From an uncultured delta proteobacterium (GTDB taxonomy: Bacteria; Desulfobacterota; Binatia; Binatales; Binataceae): a DNA stretch of 64,000 nt. The DNA lies in the NCBI GenBank assembly GCA_963808235.1, contig CAWEEQ010000004.1, forward strand, positions 896,001-960,000, given 5' to 3'. Below are positions 1 to 9,840 of this stretch, piece after piece. Numbering within the stretch: the first letter of the stretch is position 1; every line of letters starts with the position of its first letter. The notes below the pieces were generated by a model. It saw nothing but the letters and a program-made list of their open reading frames with translations. It did no database searches and was not told the origin of the DNA. The position numbers were made by a program, and so were the translations under genes.

Positions 1-717
1 GAGGCCGCAAACGAAGGCACACTTTTCCTGGATGAGGCCGCCGAGATGTCGCTGGCGGCGCAAGCCAAACTGCTGCGGGTGCTGACCGACGGGCTCGTCA
101 CGCGGCTCGGATCAACCAAGCCCCGGCATACCGATGTCCGGCTGCTGGTCGCGACCAACAGAGATTTGCAGCGGCGCGTGCAGGAAGGCCGCTTTCGCGA
201 GGACCTCTACTACCGGCTGGCTGTGGTTCCGCTGACAGTTCCTCCTCTGCGCGAACATCGCGATGATATACCCGAGCTCTGCGCTCTCTTCCTGGCGCAA
301 GCGGTGCGCGATCTGAAGACGCCGCCGCGCCGAATCAGCACCGAGGCGATTCGCACGCTCATGGGCTACGATTTTCCCGGGAACATCCGCGAACTTCGTA
401 ATCTTATCGAGCGCGCTTGCATTCTCTCGGCACAAGAGGAAATCACGTCCGAGAACTTCCCGGTATCGACGCCGCCCAACGCAAACGGCGTCCCGCCCCG
501 CATCTCCGCCGAGCTCACGCCCGACCAGTTCGCCGAGCTGATGCCCCAGACGCACAATCTTCGAGAGTTCCTGGCCTCGCTGGAAAAAGCGGTGATTCAG
601 CGCGCGCTGAAAATAACCGATGGCGCCCAGGCGGAAGTAGCGCGGAGGCTGGGAATGTCGCGAAGCGATCTTTCATACAAACTCGGCAAACATCGGATCA
701 GAGATACGGCTGGTTGA
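1..717 (+). CDS. sigma54-dependent transcriptional activator (NtrC/Fis family bEBP), 5'-partial
   Basis: Frame is open from base 1 (EAANEGTLFLDEAAEM, Walker B), followed by QAKLLRVL, ATNRDL, FREDLYYRL, FPGNIRELRNLIERA and a C-terminal Fis-type HTH (ARRLGMSRSDL). Confidence 0.93.
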   Translation, partial: EAANEGTLFLDEAAEMSLAAQAKLLRVLTDGLVTRLGSTKPRHTDVRLLVATNRDLQRRVQEGRFREDLYYRLAVVPLTVPPLREHRDDIPELCALFLAQAVRDLKTPPRRISTEAIRTLMGYDFPGNIRELRNLIERACILSAQEEITSENFPVSTPPNANGVPPRISAELTPDQFAELMPQTHNLREFLASLEKAVIQRALKITDGAQAEVARRLGMSRSDLSYKLGKHRIRDTAG

Positions 718-949
718 AGGACGGGAACCGCGAGAGATTCCGCGATACATCCTCTCTGTTATATCCTCGCCCGATGATCGCTCAGTAACGCACCACAGAC
801 GGTGAGTCGGTGCCGATAACTGTTGGCCGCGGAGGGCGCAGGGGCGAAGAACAGGCGTATTGCGAAACTGTGTAGATTTTTCGTTTCTCTTTTGCTCAGG
901 GACCCGAAGCGCGCCTAGTTTCTTATTGCATCAAATCCTAAACCAATGT

Positions 950-965
950 TGGCTGTTATCTTGCT
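950..965 (+). promoter_or_regulatory. putative sigma54 -24/-12 promoter for glgE-treS
   Basis: TGGCTGTTATCTTGCT = GG-N10-GC with TTGC, about 80 bp upstream of glgE. Confidence 0.55.
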
Positions 966-1044
966 CAACGTCGTAATTGACGCACAGGCTCAGCACCGTG
1001 AGCCGAACGAGAAACTCGATTTTCCGAGGTAATTCCGGGCGGCG

Positions 1045-3033
1045 ATGTCCTCCTCTCAAGCACAAATCGATTCTCAGCTGGTTTTGCCGGAACAGCGCCC
1101 GAGCCATTTCATCATCGAAGATGTAACGCCTTCGGTTGACGGTGGCCGTTATCCGGCAAAGCGAATCGTGGGTGAGCCATGCATCGTCGAAGCGGATATT
1201 TTTCGTGACGGGCATCAAGTGTTGCGCGCGGCAGTCAAATGGCGCCGCAAACGCGACGAGGCTTTTGAGGAAGCGCCGATGCTCGCCGTCGACAACGATC
1301 GGTGGCGGGGCGTGTTCATCCCGACCGACAACGCGCGCTATGTATTCACGATCGAAGCGTGGACCGATCTGTTTGCTACCTGGCTTGCGGACTTTACCAA
1401 GAAAGTGACGGCGGCGCGGCCAGTCGCGTCAGATGTTCTCGAGGGGATTGCGCTGGTCAAAAAAATGGTTGCGGACGCGCAGGGTACCGATCGCGTCTTG
1501 CTCGAGGATGCGCTCGCGCGATTGCGCGTCGCGAAGGACGGGACCACAGCGCTCGCGGCGATCAGCGACGCGGAGATTTCTGCCGCCGCAGGCCGGGTCG
1601 GTCGGCGATTTGGTGTGACGCGTTTCGAGCCGCTGCTGGAGCTGATCGTCGATCGCGAGAAAGCTCGTTTCGGCACCTGGTACGAGATGTTTGTGCGATC
1701 GCAGGGAACGAAACCGGGGAAGCCTGGCACCTTCAAGGACGCCGAGCAGCGCCTGCCCGAGATCCGCGATATGGGATTTGACGTCGTGTACCTGCCGCCG
1801 ATCCATCCGATCGGGCACACCAATCGCAAGGGTCCCGACAATGCGCTCGACGGCGGAGCCAACTCTCCGGGCAGCCCATGGGCGATTGGGAGCGAGGCCG
1901 GAGGCCATACCGCGGTCGATCCGTCGCTTGGGACGCTGAAAGATTTCGATCGTTTCTGCGCGACCGCAAATCGTCTTGGAATCGAGGTGGCGCTGGATTT
2001 CGCAATTCAATGCTCGCCGGATCATCCGTGGGTCCGCGAGCATCCCCAGTGGTTCCATCATCGGCCTGACGGCAGCATCAAATACGCAGAGAATCCCCCC
2101 AAAGAGTACGAGGACATCTATCCGATCGATTTCGACACCGCAGATCAGCGCGGATTGTTCGAGGAACTGCTGCGGGTGGTAAAATTCTGGCGTGAGCACG
2201 GGGTAAAGATCTTTCGCGTTGACAATCCGCATACCAAGCCGGTTCAATTCTGGAACTGGCTAATCAATGAGGTACAGACGACCAGCCCCGAAACGATTTT
2301 CCTTGCGGAAGCCTTCACGCGCCCCAAGGTGATGAAGGCACTGGCTAAGGCGGGATTTACACAGTCGTATACTTACTTCACCTGGCGGAACACAAAGGTG
2401 GAGCTGACTGAGTATCTGACCGAGCTCACGCAAACGCCGATGCGAGAATACTTTCGCCCCAATTTTTTCACCAATACCCCGGACATCCTGGCCCCCATAC
2501 TGCAAACCGGCGGTCGCGCGGCCTTCAAGATGAGGTTGGTGCTCGCGGCGACGCTATCGCCATCCTTCGGAATCTACAGCGGGTTTGAACTCTGCGAGAA
2601 TCAGGCGGTGCCAGGCACCGAAGAATACCTGAATTCGGAGAAGTACCAGATCAAGGTACGCGACTGGAACCGACCCGGAAACATCAAGGAGTCTATCGGA
2701 CGGGTCAACTCGATCCGCCGTGGCAATCCCGCGCTTCAACAGTTTTTAAATTTGCAGTTTCTGAACACTGACAACGACCAGATCCTTTTCTTCTCCAAAG
2801 CCACGCGGGACAACAAGAATGTGATCCTGGTTGCGGTCAATCTGGACCCGTTCAACACGCAGGCTTGCACCGTGCTGGTGCCGCCGGAGGTGGCAGGTGT
2901 CGTGGCCGGCCGGAGCTATCGAGTCACCGATCTTTTGACTGGAGCGAGATATGTGTGGTCGGATCGCAATTACGTGCGGCTTGATCCGGCGTTTGAATCT
3001 GCTCATATTCTGCGCGTCGACGAGCCCCTGTGA
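1045..3033 (+). CDS. glgE: alpha-1,4-glucan:maltose-1-phosphate maltosyltransferase
   Basis: GH13_3 motifs YLPPIHPIG, GSPWAIG, DFAIQCSPDHPWV, FRVDNPHTKP, FLAEAFTRPK, NTPDIL. Confidence 0.96.
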   Translation: MSSSQAQIDSQLVLPEQRPSHFIIEDVTPSVDGGRYPAKRIVGEPCIVEADIFRDGHQVLRAAVKWRRKRDEAFEEAPMLAVDNDRWRGVFIPTDNARYVFTIEAWTDLFATWLADFTKKVTAARPVASDVLEGIALVKKMVADAQGTDRVLLEDALARLRVAKDGTTALAAISDAEISAAAGRVGRRFGVTRFEPLLELIVDREKARFGTWYEMFVRSQGTKPGKPGTFKDAEQRLPEIRDMGFDVVYLPPIHPIGHTNRKGPDNALDGGANSPGSPWAIGSEAGGHTAVDPSLGTLKDFDRFCATANRLGIEVALDFAIQCSPDHPWVREHPQWFHHRPDGSIKYAENPPKEYEDIYPIDFDTADQRGLFEELLRVVKFWREHGVKIFRVDNPHTKPVQFWNWLINEVQTTSPETIFLAEAFTRPKVMKALAKAGFTQSYTYFTWRNTKVELTEYLTELTQTPMREYFRPNFFTNTPDILAPILQTGGRAAFKMRLVLAATLSPSFGIYSGFELCENQAVPGTEEYLNSEKYQIKVRDWNRPGNIKESIGRVNSIRRGNPALQQFLNLQFLNTDNDQILFFSKATRDNKNVILVAVNLDPFNTQACTVLVPPEVAGVVAGRSYRVTDLLTGARYVWSDRNYVRLDPAFESAHILRVDEPL

Positions 3034-3042
3034 GTTACAGAC

Positions 3043-6000
3043 GTGCCGACCATGCTCCATCTTGAAAACAGTTCGACCTCCGATCCTCTATGGTACAAGG
3101 ACGCTATCTTCTACGAACTGCGAGTTCGCTCTTTCTACGACAGTAACGGCGACGGCGTGGGTGATTTTCCCGGCCTGACTGCGAAACTCGACTACCTGCA
3201 TTCGCTGGGAGTGACCACATTGTGGCTACTCCCTTTTTACCCTTCGCCGATGCGTGACGATGGGTACGATATTGCTGACTATACCAATATACACCAAGCC
3301 TGCGGGACCTTACGCGACTTCAAAGTATTCGTTCGGGAGGCGCATAAGCGTGATCTGAAAATAGTCACTGAGTTAGTACTCAATCATACCTCAGATCGTC
3401 ATGAATGGTTTCAACGCGCGCGGCGTTCGCCCGCCGGCAGTATATATCGTGATTACTATGTCTGGAGCGATACGCCCGAACGCTACAAGGATGCGCGGAT
3501 CATCTTCCAGGATTTCGAGCCATCCAATTGGTCATGGGATCCGTTAGCGAAGGCTTACTACTTCCATCGCTTTTACAGTCATCAGCCCGATCTCAACTAC
3601 GATAATCCGGCAGTTCTCCGGGAAATGCGACGAGTGATCGCGTTCTGGCTGGGTCTTGGCGTTGATGGTCTCAGGCTCGACGCGGTTCCCTACCTTTTCA
3701 AACGCGAAGGGACGAATTGCGAGAACCTGCCCGAAACGCACGCATTCCTGCGCGAATTGCGCGCATATATCGACGCCAGGTTTCCCAACCGAATGTTGCT
3801 TGCCGAAGCGAATCAATGGCCCGAAGAAGCGGTCGCGTATCTGGCAGAAGGCAAAGAATGCAACATGGCGTTCCACTTCCCCCTGATGCCGCGGATGTTC
3901 ATGTCGGTGAGGATGGAAGATCGATTTCCGCTAACCGATATCTGGGCGCAGACTCCTGAAATCGATCCGACCTGCCAGTGGGCATTATTTCTGCGCAATC
4001 ATGACGAACTGACTCTTGAGATGGTGACGGACGAAGAGCGCGACTATATGTACCGCGCCTACGCGCAAGACGCGCGAATGAGAGTCAATCTGGGTATTCG
4101 CCGGCGCCTCGCGCCGCTGCTCGGCAACCATCGACGTACTATCGAACTGAATAATGCATTGCTGTTTTCGTTGCCGGGGACGCCGGTCATCTATTATGGC
4201 GACGAAATCGGAATGGGAGACAACGTCTATCTCGGCGATCGAGATGGAGTTCGAACTCCGATGCAGTGGAGCGCGGATCGGAACGCCGGATTTTCTTCGG
4301 CCAACCCGCAGCGTCTGATTCTGCCGGTGATAATAGATCCCGAATACCACTATCAAAGCACCAACGTTGAAGCCCACGAGAGCAATCGCCACTCCCTGCT
4401 CTGGTGGATGCGCCGGATGGTCGCGCTGCGCAAGCAAGTCAAAGCATTCGGCCGCGGCTCGATGGAGTTTCTGAACCCCGAAAATTCGCACGTTCTGTCC
4501 TTCATCCGCGCGCATGAAGGCCAGCAGATACTGGTAGTCGCTAACCTTTCGCGGTTCGTGCAATATGTCGAACTCGATTTGGCGAGGTTCAAAGGCTCGA
4601 CGCCGATCGAACTCTTTGGCCGCACGCCTTTTCCACCTATCGGCGATCTACCCTACCTGCTGACTCTCGGACCGCACGGGTTTTTCTGGTTCGCTATCGA
4701 ACAGCATCGAGCGGCTGCTGCCGAACAATCCGAGTATGTAATTCCGCGTATCGAGATGAACGCGGGCTTCGACGGCATCCTGCGCGGTGACGCTCGGCAA
4801 CGGCTTGAGCAGCTCTTGCCGGGCTATCTGCCGCATTGCAGGTGGTTTCGCGCGAAGGGCCGAGCGATAACCAAGGTTCAGATCGCCGACACGGTGCCGA
4901 TGTCCGAAGGTCCGGGCGTTGCGCAACTTGCGCTGCTGAACGTCGAATATTTGAACGCCGAGCCGGATACCTACTTGTTGCCACTGGCTATTGCGACCGG
5001 CGATCGAGGACGTGATGTGCGCTCGCGTTGGCCACAACAAGTAATCGCCGAAGTGAGAAGTTCAGGCCGCAATGGCGCCGGCGAGGGCATCCTTTACGAC
5101 GCGGTCGTCGATCCTGATTTTCTGAACGCTCTATTCGAGATAATCACGAAGCGGCGCCGTCATCGAGGGGCCGTAGGCGAGCTTCTGCCCGGGGCGACGC
5201 AGGCATTTTATGGGTTGCGCGGCGATCCGGAATCGCCGCTCGAACCCCGGGTATTAAAAGCGGAACAGAGCAACAGCTCGGTAGTATACGGCGACCGTTT
5301 CATACTCAAACTCTTTCGGCGGATCGAAGCCGGCTTGAATCCCAACGTCGAGATTGGGCATTTCCTGACCACGCACGAGAGATTTTCTCACGTTCCACCG
5401 TTGGCAGGCTCGATCGATTACAGCTCCGGCAGCGGCGAGCGAAGAAATCTCGCGGTGTTGCGAGCCTTCGTTCCAAATGAAGGCGACGCGTGGCAGTTCA
5501 CACTCGGAGAATTGGCTCGGTTTCTCGAAAATGCGGCTACGAGATCGGACCAGGCACCCTCGACGGATAAGACACTCGTCGATCTGCTCGCGCTGCCGGA
5601 GCCAGACCCGTTGGCCGCTGAGTTGATCGGTCACTACCTCGACGCCGCGCGATTGATGGGCAAGCGTCTCGGCGAACTTCATCTGGCGTTGGCTTCCACA
5701 GCCGACGATCCGGAGTTTGCCGTTGAACCGTACTCAACGCTCTACCAGCGTTCGACCTATCAATCGATGCGGAATCTGCTGGTACGAGTGATCCGCATGT
5801 GCAACAGCCGCGCCTTGACTGTTCCCCAGGATCTGCGCGATCGGGCGCAGCTCATCGCTTCGCATCAGCGCGAGATCGCTGCCCGGTTCGAGGCTTTTCT
5901 TAACTGTCGCCTGAGCATCGTGCGGATGCGCATTCATGGCGACTTGCACCTCGGGCAGATTCTCTACACCGGCAAGGATTTCGCCATCATCGATTTCGAG

Positions 6001-6450
6001 GGCGAACCTGCGCGTCCGCTGAGCGAGCGCCGTCTGAAGCGCGCGGCGTTGAGAGACGTTGCAGGAATGCTGCGATCGTTTCACTACGCGGCGCTAAGCT
6101 CGACGATCGAGCAGCTGAGAATCGGGGCGCTCGGCAAGTTTGATTTCGCCAGGATGGAGCCGTGGGCGGACTTCTGGCGGACGTGGTCTTCGTGGGCTTT
6201 TCTGAAGGGTTACCTGGAATCTGCCGGCCGCCCGCCGTTCGTTCCCGCAAACACCGACGAGCTCAGAATCCTGCTCGACGCCTTCATCATGGATAAGGCG
6301 ATTTACGAACTTGGTTACGAGCTCGACAACCGTCCCGAGTGGCTATTGATTCCATTACTCAGTATTGGTCAGTTGCTCGGTCTGGAAATTAGTAATACGC
6401 AAAACCTCATCGTACCCAAGCCTGGAGCCCATGAAAGCCTGCGAACATGA
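3043..6450 (+). CDS. treS: trehalose synthase fused to maltokinase (TreS-Mak/Pep2)
   Basis: N-half: WLLPFYPSP, DDGYDI, RLDAVPYL, EANQWPE, FLRNHDELTLE. C-half: EQSNSS, RIHGDLHLGQ, IIDFEGEP, RDVAGMLRSF, KAIYELGYE. Confidence 0.95.
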   Translation: MPTMLHLENSSTSDPLWYKDAIFYELRVRSFYDSNGDGVGDFPGLTAKLDYLHSLGVTTLWLLPFYPSPMRDDGYDIADYTNIHQACGTLRDFKVFVREAHKRDLKIVTELVLNHTSDRHEWFQRARRSPAGSIYRDYYVWSDTPERYKDARIIFQDFEPSNWSWDPLAKAYYFHRFYSHQPDLNYDNPAVLREMRRVIAFWLGLGVDGLRLDAVPYLFKREGTNCENLPETHAFLRELRAYIDARFPNRMLLAEANQWPEEAVAYLAEGKECNMAFHFPLMPRMFMSVRMEDRFPLTDIWAQTPEIDPTCQWALFLRNHDELTLEMVTDEERDYMYRAYAQDARMRVNLGIRRRLAPLLGNHRRTIELNNALLFSLPGTPVIYYGDEIGMGDNVYLGDRDGVRTPMQWSADRNAGFSSANPQRLILPVIIDPEYHYQSTNVEAHESNRHSLLWWMRRMVALRKQVKAFGRGSMEFLNPENSHVLSFIRAHEGQQILVVANLSRFVQYVELDLARFKGSTPIELFGRTPFPPIGDLPYLLTLGPHGFFWFAIEQHRAAAAEQSEYVIPRIEMNAGFDGILRGDARQRLEQLLPGYLPHCRWFRAKGRAITKVQIADTVPMSEGPGVAQLALLNVEYLNAEPDTYLLPLAIATGDRGRDVRSRWPQQVIAEVRSSGRNGAGEGILYDAVVDPDFLNALFEIITKRRRHRGAVGELLPGATQAFYGLRGDPESPLEPRVLKAEQSNSSVVYGDRFILKLFRRIEAGLNPNVEIGHFLTTHERFSHVPPLAGSIDYSSGSGERRNLAVLRAFVPNEGDAWQFTLGELARFLENAATRSDQAPSTDKTLVDLLALPEPDPLAAELIGHYLDAARLMGKRLGELHLALASTADDPEFAVEPYSTLYQRSTYQSMRNLLVRVIRMCNSRALTVPQDLRDRAQLIASHQREIAARFEAFLNCRLSIVRMRIHGDLHLGQILYTGKDFAIIDFEGEPARPLSERRLKRAALRDVAGMLRSFHYAALSSTIEQLRIGALGKFDFARMEPWADFWRTWSSWAFLKGYLESAGRPPFVPANTDELRILLDAFIMDKAIYELGYELDNRPEWLLIPLLSIGQLLGLEISNTQNLIVPKPGAHESLRT

Positions 6451-6570
6451 CGGGCTTGCCACGACGTAACCGGACCCTGGTCGACTGCGTCTATATAACA
6501 GGGATCCAGCGACCGACGAGGGTTTGTCTTGCCGGCACAGCACAAAATTCGCGACGCGCGGACCTATCAG

Positions 6571-7044
6571 ATGAGTCATCGGAGGGTTTTGTGCGCACTT
6601 GTGCTCGCGATTCTGGTAACTCCAGCCATCGCGTCATTGTTGATCGCGCCTGTCTTCGCTGATGTTTCGCCTGAGTTCACCAACAACGCCACGATAAGCA
6701 GCAGGACTTACGACGCCCCCGTCGAACTGGCCGCAGCGAATCTTCCCTCTATAGGCGGTCCAGATGACTACATGAATCAAAGCGGTGACGGCGGGTCGGG
6801 GGCAGGCGCTCCGCCGCAAACGTATTCGCCGCAAGCAATGGCACCGCCGGGCTATGCTCCCCAAGGCGCCCCTTCCCAGGAGTGGAATAATCGCTACGCG
6901 GACCCCAGCGCGGAACGCTCCGTATTGATCGGCGCCGCAGTGGTCGGTGCGGTAGCCATTGGGCTGTGGGCGTTGCAGCAGCACGAGCAAGCTCAACGCC
7001 GCGCCCGCAGACGATTTTATTCGCGTCAGCGCGCCTTCGATTAG
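6571..7044 (+). CDS. hypothetical exported/membrane-anchored Pro-Gly-rich protein
   Basis: N-terminal hydrophobic signal-like stretch, low-complexity PQ/G linker, C-terminal hydrophobic helix and Arg-rich tail. Confidence 0.6.
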   Translation: MSHRRVLCALVLAILVTPAIASLLIAPVFADVSPEFTNNATISSRTYDAPVELAAANLPSIGGPDDYMNQSGDGGSGAGAPPQTYSPQAMAPPGYAPQGAPSQEWNNRYADPSAERSVLIGAAVVGAVAIGLWALQQHEQAQRRARRRFYSRQRAFD

Positions 7045-7061
7045 TTGAATCTCGTCAAATC

Positions 7062-8144
7062 TCAAATTCGAACGCAGTCTTCGCGAACGCCGATTCGCCG
7101 ACCGGTCGACGGATCAAAAAAATGCAATCGCGCCGGGTCGAGGTAGAGCGTCAACTGCGCGCCGCCTTCGACGCGCCGCGGTAGCTCGGCACGGAGCGAA
7201 GCATTACCGAGCTTTGCGGACACGATGTAGGTCGCTCCGGAGAACTCCACGCTCTGCACTATAACATCGAGCGCAACGCGGCCTTCGCCACCCTCCAAGC
7301 CCAGATCGTTGGGGCGAATTCCAACTTTGATTTGCGCAGGACCGCCTTCGGCTGGTTTGATTTTGAAATCGATCCCGTCAATGGTCAAGGTTCCTCCGCT
7401 TGTCGCGCTCTGTGCGAGGAAGAAATTCATCGGCGGGTTTCCGACGAAAGCTGCGACAAATTCGCTCTGTGGGAGATCGAAAATTTCCTGAGGCGTTCCC
7501 ACCTGCTCGACCCTGCCTGCGCGCATCACGACCAGCCGATCCGCCAGCGCCAGCGCTTCGACCTGGTCGTGCGTCACGTACACGAACGTGCGTCCGGTTC
7601 GGCGCTGGAATGTTTTCAGCTCGAGGCGCAGCGACGCGCGCAATTGTGCGTCGAGGCTCGCGAGCGCCTCGTCCATCAGGATGATCTCTGGCTCCCGCAC
7701 CAGTGCTCGGGCGAGCGCGACGCGTTGGCGTTCGCCGCCTGATAGCTCGCGCGGAAAGCGCTTGAGGTCGACCGTGAGTCCGGCCTTGGCCGCGCTCTCT
7801 TTTACCCGACGCTGCGTTTCCTCACGCGCGACGTGGCGGAGTTTCAGCGGAAACGCAATGTTTTGAAACACCGTCATATGCGGATAGAGCGCGAAATTCT
7901 GAAACACCATCGCGATCGAATCCCGATGCGTGTTCTTGCCGGCATCGCTCATTTCCCCTATCTGAATTTCGCCGCTGTCAGGCTGTTCGAGTCCGGCGAT
8001 CAGCCGGAGCAAGGTGGTCTTACCGCATCCTGACGGGCCCAGCAGCACCACAAATTCCCCGCTTGACACATCGAGCGAAACGTCGAAAATGCCTCCGCCA
8101 GAAGGGAATTTGCGAGTCAGGTTGCGAACGGCGAGGTCGGCCAT
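7062..8144 (-). CDS. sugar ABC transporter ATP-binding protein (MalK/UgpC type)
   Basis: GPSGCGKT, VFQNFALYPHM, LSGGERQRVALARA, YVTHDQVEA, C-terminal TOBE-like region; start taken at ATG 8144. Confidence 0.93.
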   Translation of the reverse strand: MADLAVRNLTRKFPSGGGIFDVSLDVSSGEFVVLLGPSGCGKTTLLRLIAGLEQPDSGEIQIGEMSDAGKNTHRDSIAMVFQNFALYPHMTVFQNIAFPLKLRHVAREETQRRVKESAAKAGLTVDLKRFPRELSGGERQRVALARALVREPEIILMDEALASLDAQLRASLRLELKTFQRRTGRTFVYVTHDQVEALALADRLVVMRAGRVEQVGTPQEIFDLPQSEFVAAFVGNPPMNFFLAQSATSGGTLTIDGIDFKIKPAEGGPAQIKVGIRPNDLGLEGGEGRVALDVIVQSVEFSGATYIVSAKLGNASLRAELPRRVEGGAQLTLYLDPARLHFFDPSTGRRIGVREDCVRI

Positions 8145-8152
8145 CAACGCGC

Positions 8153-8992
8153 CTATCGCGAACTGCCCGCCATCAGCGCTCCGCGCAAAGACGGTCCCAG
8201 CGCGACGACGACGCAAACCGCCGGGATCATCATAAGCAGCGCGAGTGCGCTGGCAGGGCCGACGTTTCCGAAAACCGTGTAGTAGTAGAGCAGGGGAGGC
8301 AGCGTGCGATTGGTCTGCTGCACCAGCAAAGCAAATCCAAATTCATCCCAGCTCAGAATGAAGCAAAGTATCAATGCGGTCGCGATCGAAGCGCGGGCCA
8401 GGGGCAGATCGATTGTCAAAAAAATCCGCAACGGTGACGCACCGTCAATCCACGCGGCTTCTTCGATCTCCAGCGGAATCGCTGCGAATGACGCGTACAT
8501 TGTCAGCGCCGCGGTAGGTATCGCGATTGCCGCGTGAACAATAGCCAGTCCGATTCCGCTCCGAGAATCGTAAATCCCGAGAGTCGCCAGGATAATCCCG
8601 AGTGGAATCGCCACGGTGATCATGGGCAGAAGGCGAATACCAGATACCGTTGAAAACCCGACGCGCTGAGCGAGCGAGCTGCGTGACATCGCATGCGCGA
8701 GCATCGCGCCGAGTGAAGTTGCAATCGCGGCGGAGACAGCCGCGACGCCAAGGCTTCTCAGTATCGCGCTGCGAAGTTCGTTCACCTCGAACACGCTGAT
8801 GAAGTGAGAAAGCGTAAGATGACGCGGCATCCAATTCGGTGGCCATGCAAAGGTCTCGAGTTCGGGAGTCACGGATTGTTTGGCGAGAATGTAAAGCGGC
8901 AACACCGCCAGTCCTATTACAAATGCGTTCAGCGCAAAGCGCGCGGCTGTCAATCCGGCGTCCACGGTGTCAGCGTGAGATCGAGTGTTCAC
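8153..8992 (-). CDS. carbohydrate ABC transporter permease (MalG type)
   Basis: EEAAWIDGAS EAA loop, TM helices, SWDEF; GTGA overlap with the upstream gene. Confidence 0.9.
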   Translation of the reverse strand: MNTRSHADTVDAGLTAARFALNAFVIGLAVLPLYILAKQSVTPELETFAWPPNWMPRHLTLSHFISVFEVNELRSAILRSLGVAAVSAAIATSLGAMLAHAMSRSSLAQRVGFSTVSGIRLLPMITVAIPLGIILATLGIYDSRSGIGLAIVHAAIAIPTAALTMYASFAAIPLEIEEAAWIDGASPLRIFLTIDLPLARASIATALILCFILSWDEFGFALLVQQTNRTLPPLLYYYTVFGNVGPASALALLMMIPAVCVVVALGPSLRGALMAGSSR

Positions 8993-9840
8993 GCCAGCGC
9001 TCCATCGTCGCGCGAGAATCGGCGCGCGAACATCAGGCCGCCGAGGCCGATGATCGTGACCATCAGTGCAAGGATCATCGACGCGGCCATCGCTTCGTGC
9101 GGTTTTTGCGCATCGTCCCACAAGCTGTACGAGTAGGTAGATAGCACCGGAACTCCCTCTGGCCCAGTGAGGACGAGCACCGTTGAAAAAATTCTGAGCG
9201 CATCGATACCGCGTAGGATCAATGCCCCCACGATTGCCGGCGTCAGCATCGGGAGCGTCACGAACCTGAAAGTGGCGAGCGTTCCGGCACCGTCGAGACG
9301 CGCCGCCTCGTAGAGTTCGTCAGGGATCGTTTGCAGGCCGGCCATCAACATCAGCATCACGACTGGAGTCACGTGCCATGCGTCAACGATGATGACCGTG
9401 AGAATTGCAAGTGAGCTGCGCGGGCTCAGCCAGGGAAGCGCGTGCATCCCCGTCATCGCGATGGCGCCGTTCAGGTATCCACGCGGCATGAAGATATAGC
9501 GGGCGAGGGTAAGGATCACGATTTCGGGGATCGCGAACGGCAGAATTGCGGCGGTTTCGATCAGTGCTGAGCGCTGGCGGCGCGCCGTAAGCGTCAACGC
9601 CAGCGCCAGCCCAAGTACAAATTCAACGATCACACTTCCGAATGGTATGAGCAGGTTGTTTGCGAGCGAGCGCCAGAACATCGAATCGCCGAACAGAATC
9701 CGGTAGTTGCGAAGCGAAGGCCCGTTATGTTCGAAGGACAGAACCAGGCCATTCAACGCCGGTAGCAGGAGCATCGCGGTCATGAAGATACACGGGACGA
9801 CGACGAAGATCGTGCGAAGCCTCTTTGCGGCCGCATTCAC
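8989..9840 (-). CDS. carbohydrate ABC transporter permease (MalF type)
   Basis: AGLQTIPDELYEAARLDGA, FRFVTLPML; GTGA overlap with the SBP gene. Confidence 0.9.
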   Translation of the reverse strand: MNAAAKRLRTIFVVVPCIFMTAMLLLPALNGLVLSFEHNGPSLRNYRILFGDSMFWRSLANNLLIPFGSVIVEFVLGLALALTLTARRQRSALIETAAILPFAIPEIVILTLARYIFMPRGYLNGAIAMTGMHALPWLSPRSSLAILTVIIVDAWHVTPVVMLMLMAGLQTIPDELYEAARLDGAGTLATFRFVTLPMLTPAIVGALILRGIDALRIFSTVLVLTGPEGVPVLSTYSYSLWDDAQKPHEAMAASMILALMVTIIGLGGLMFARRFSRDDGALA

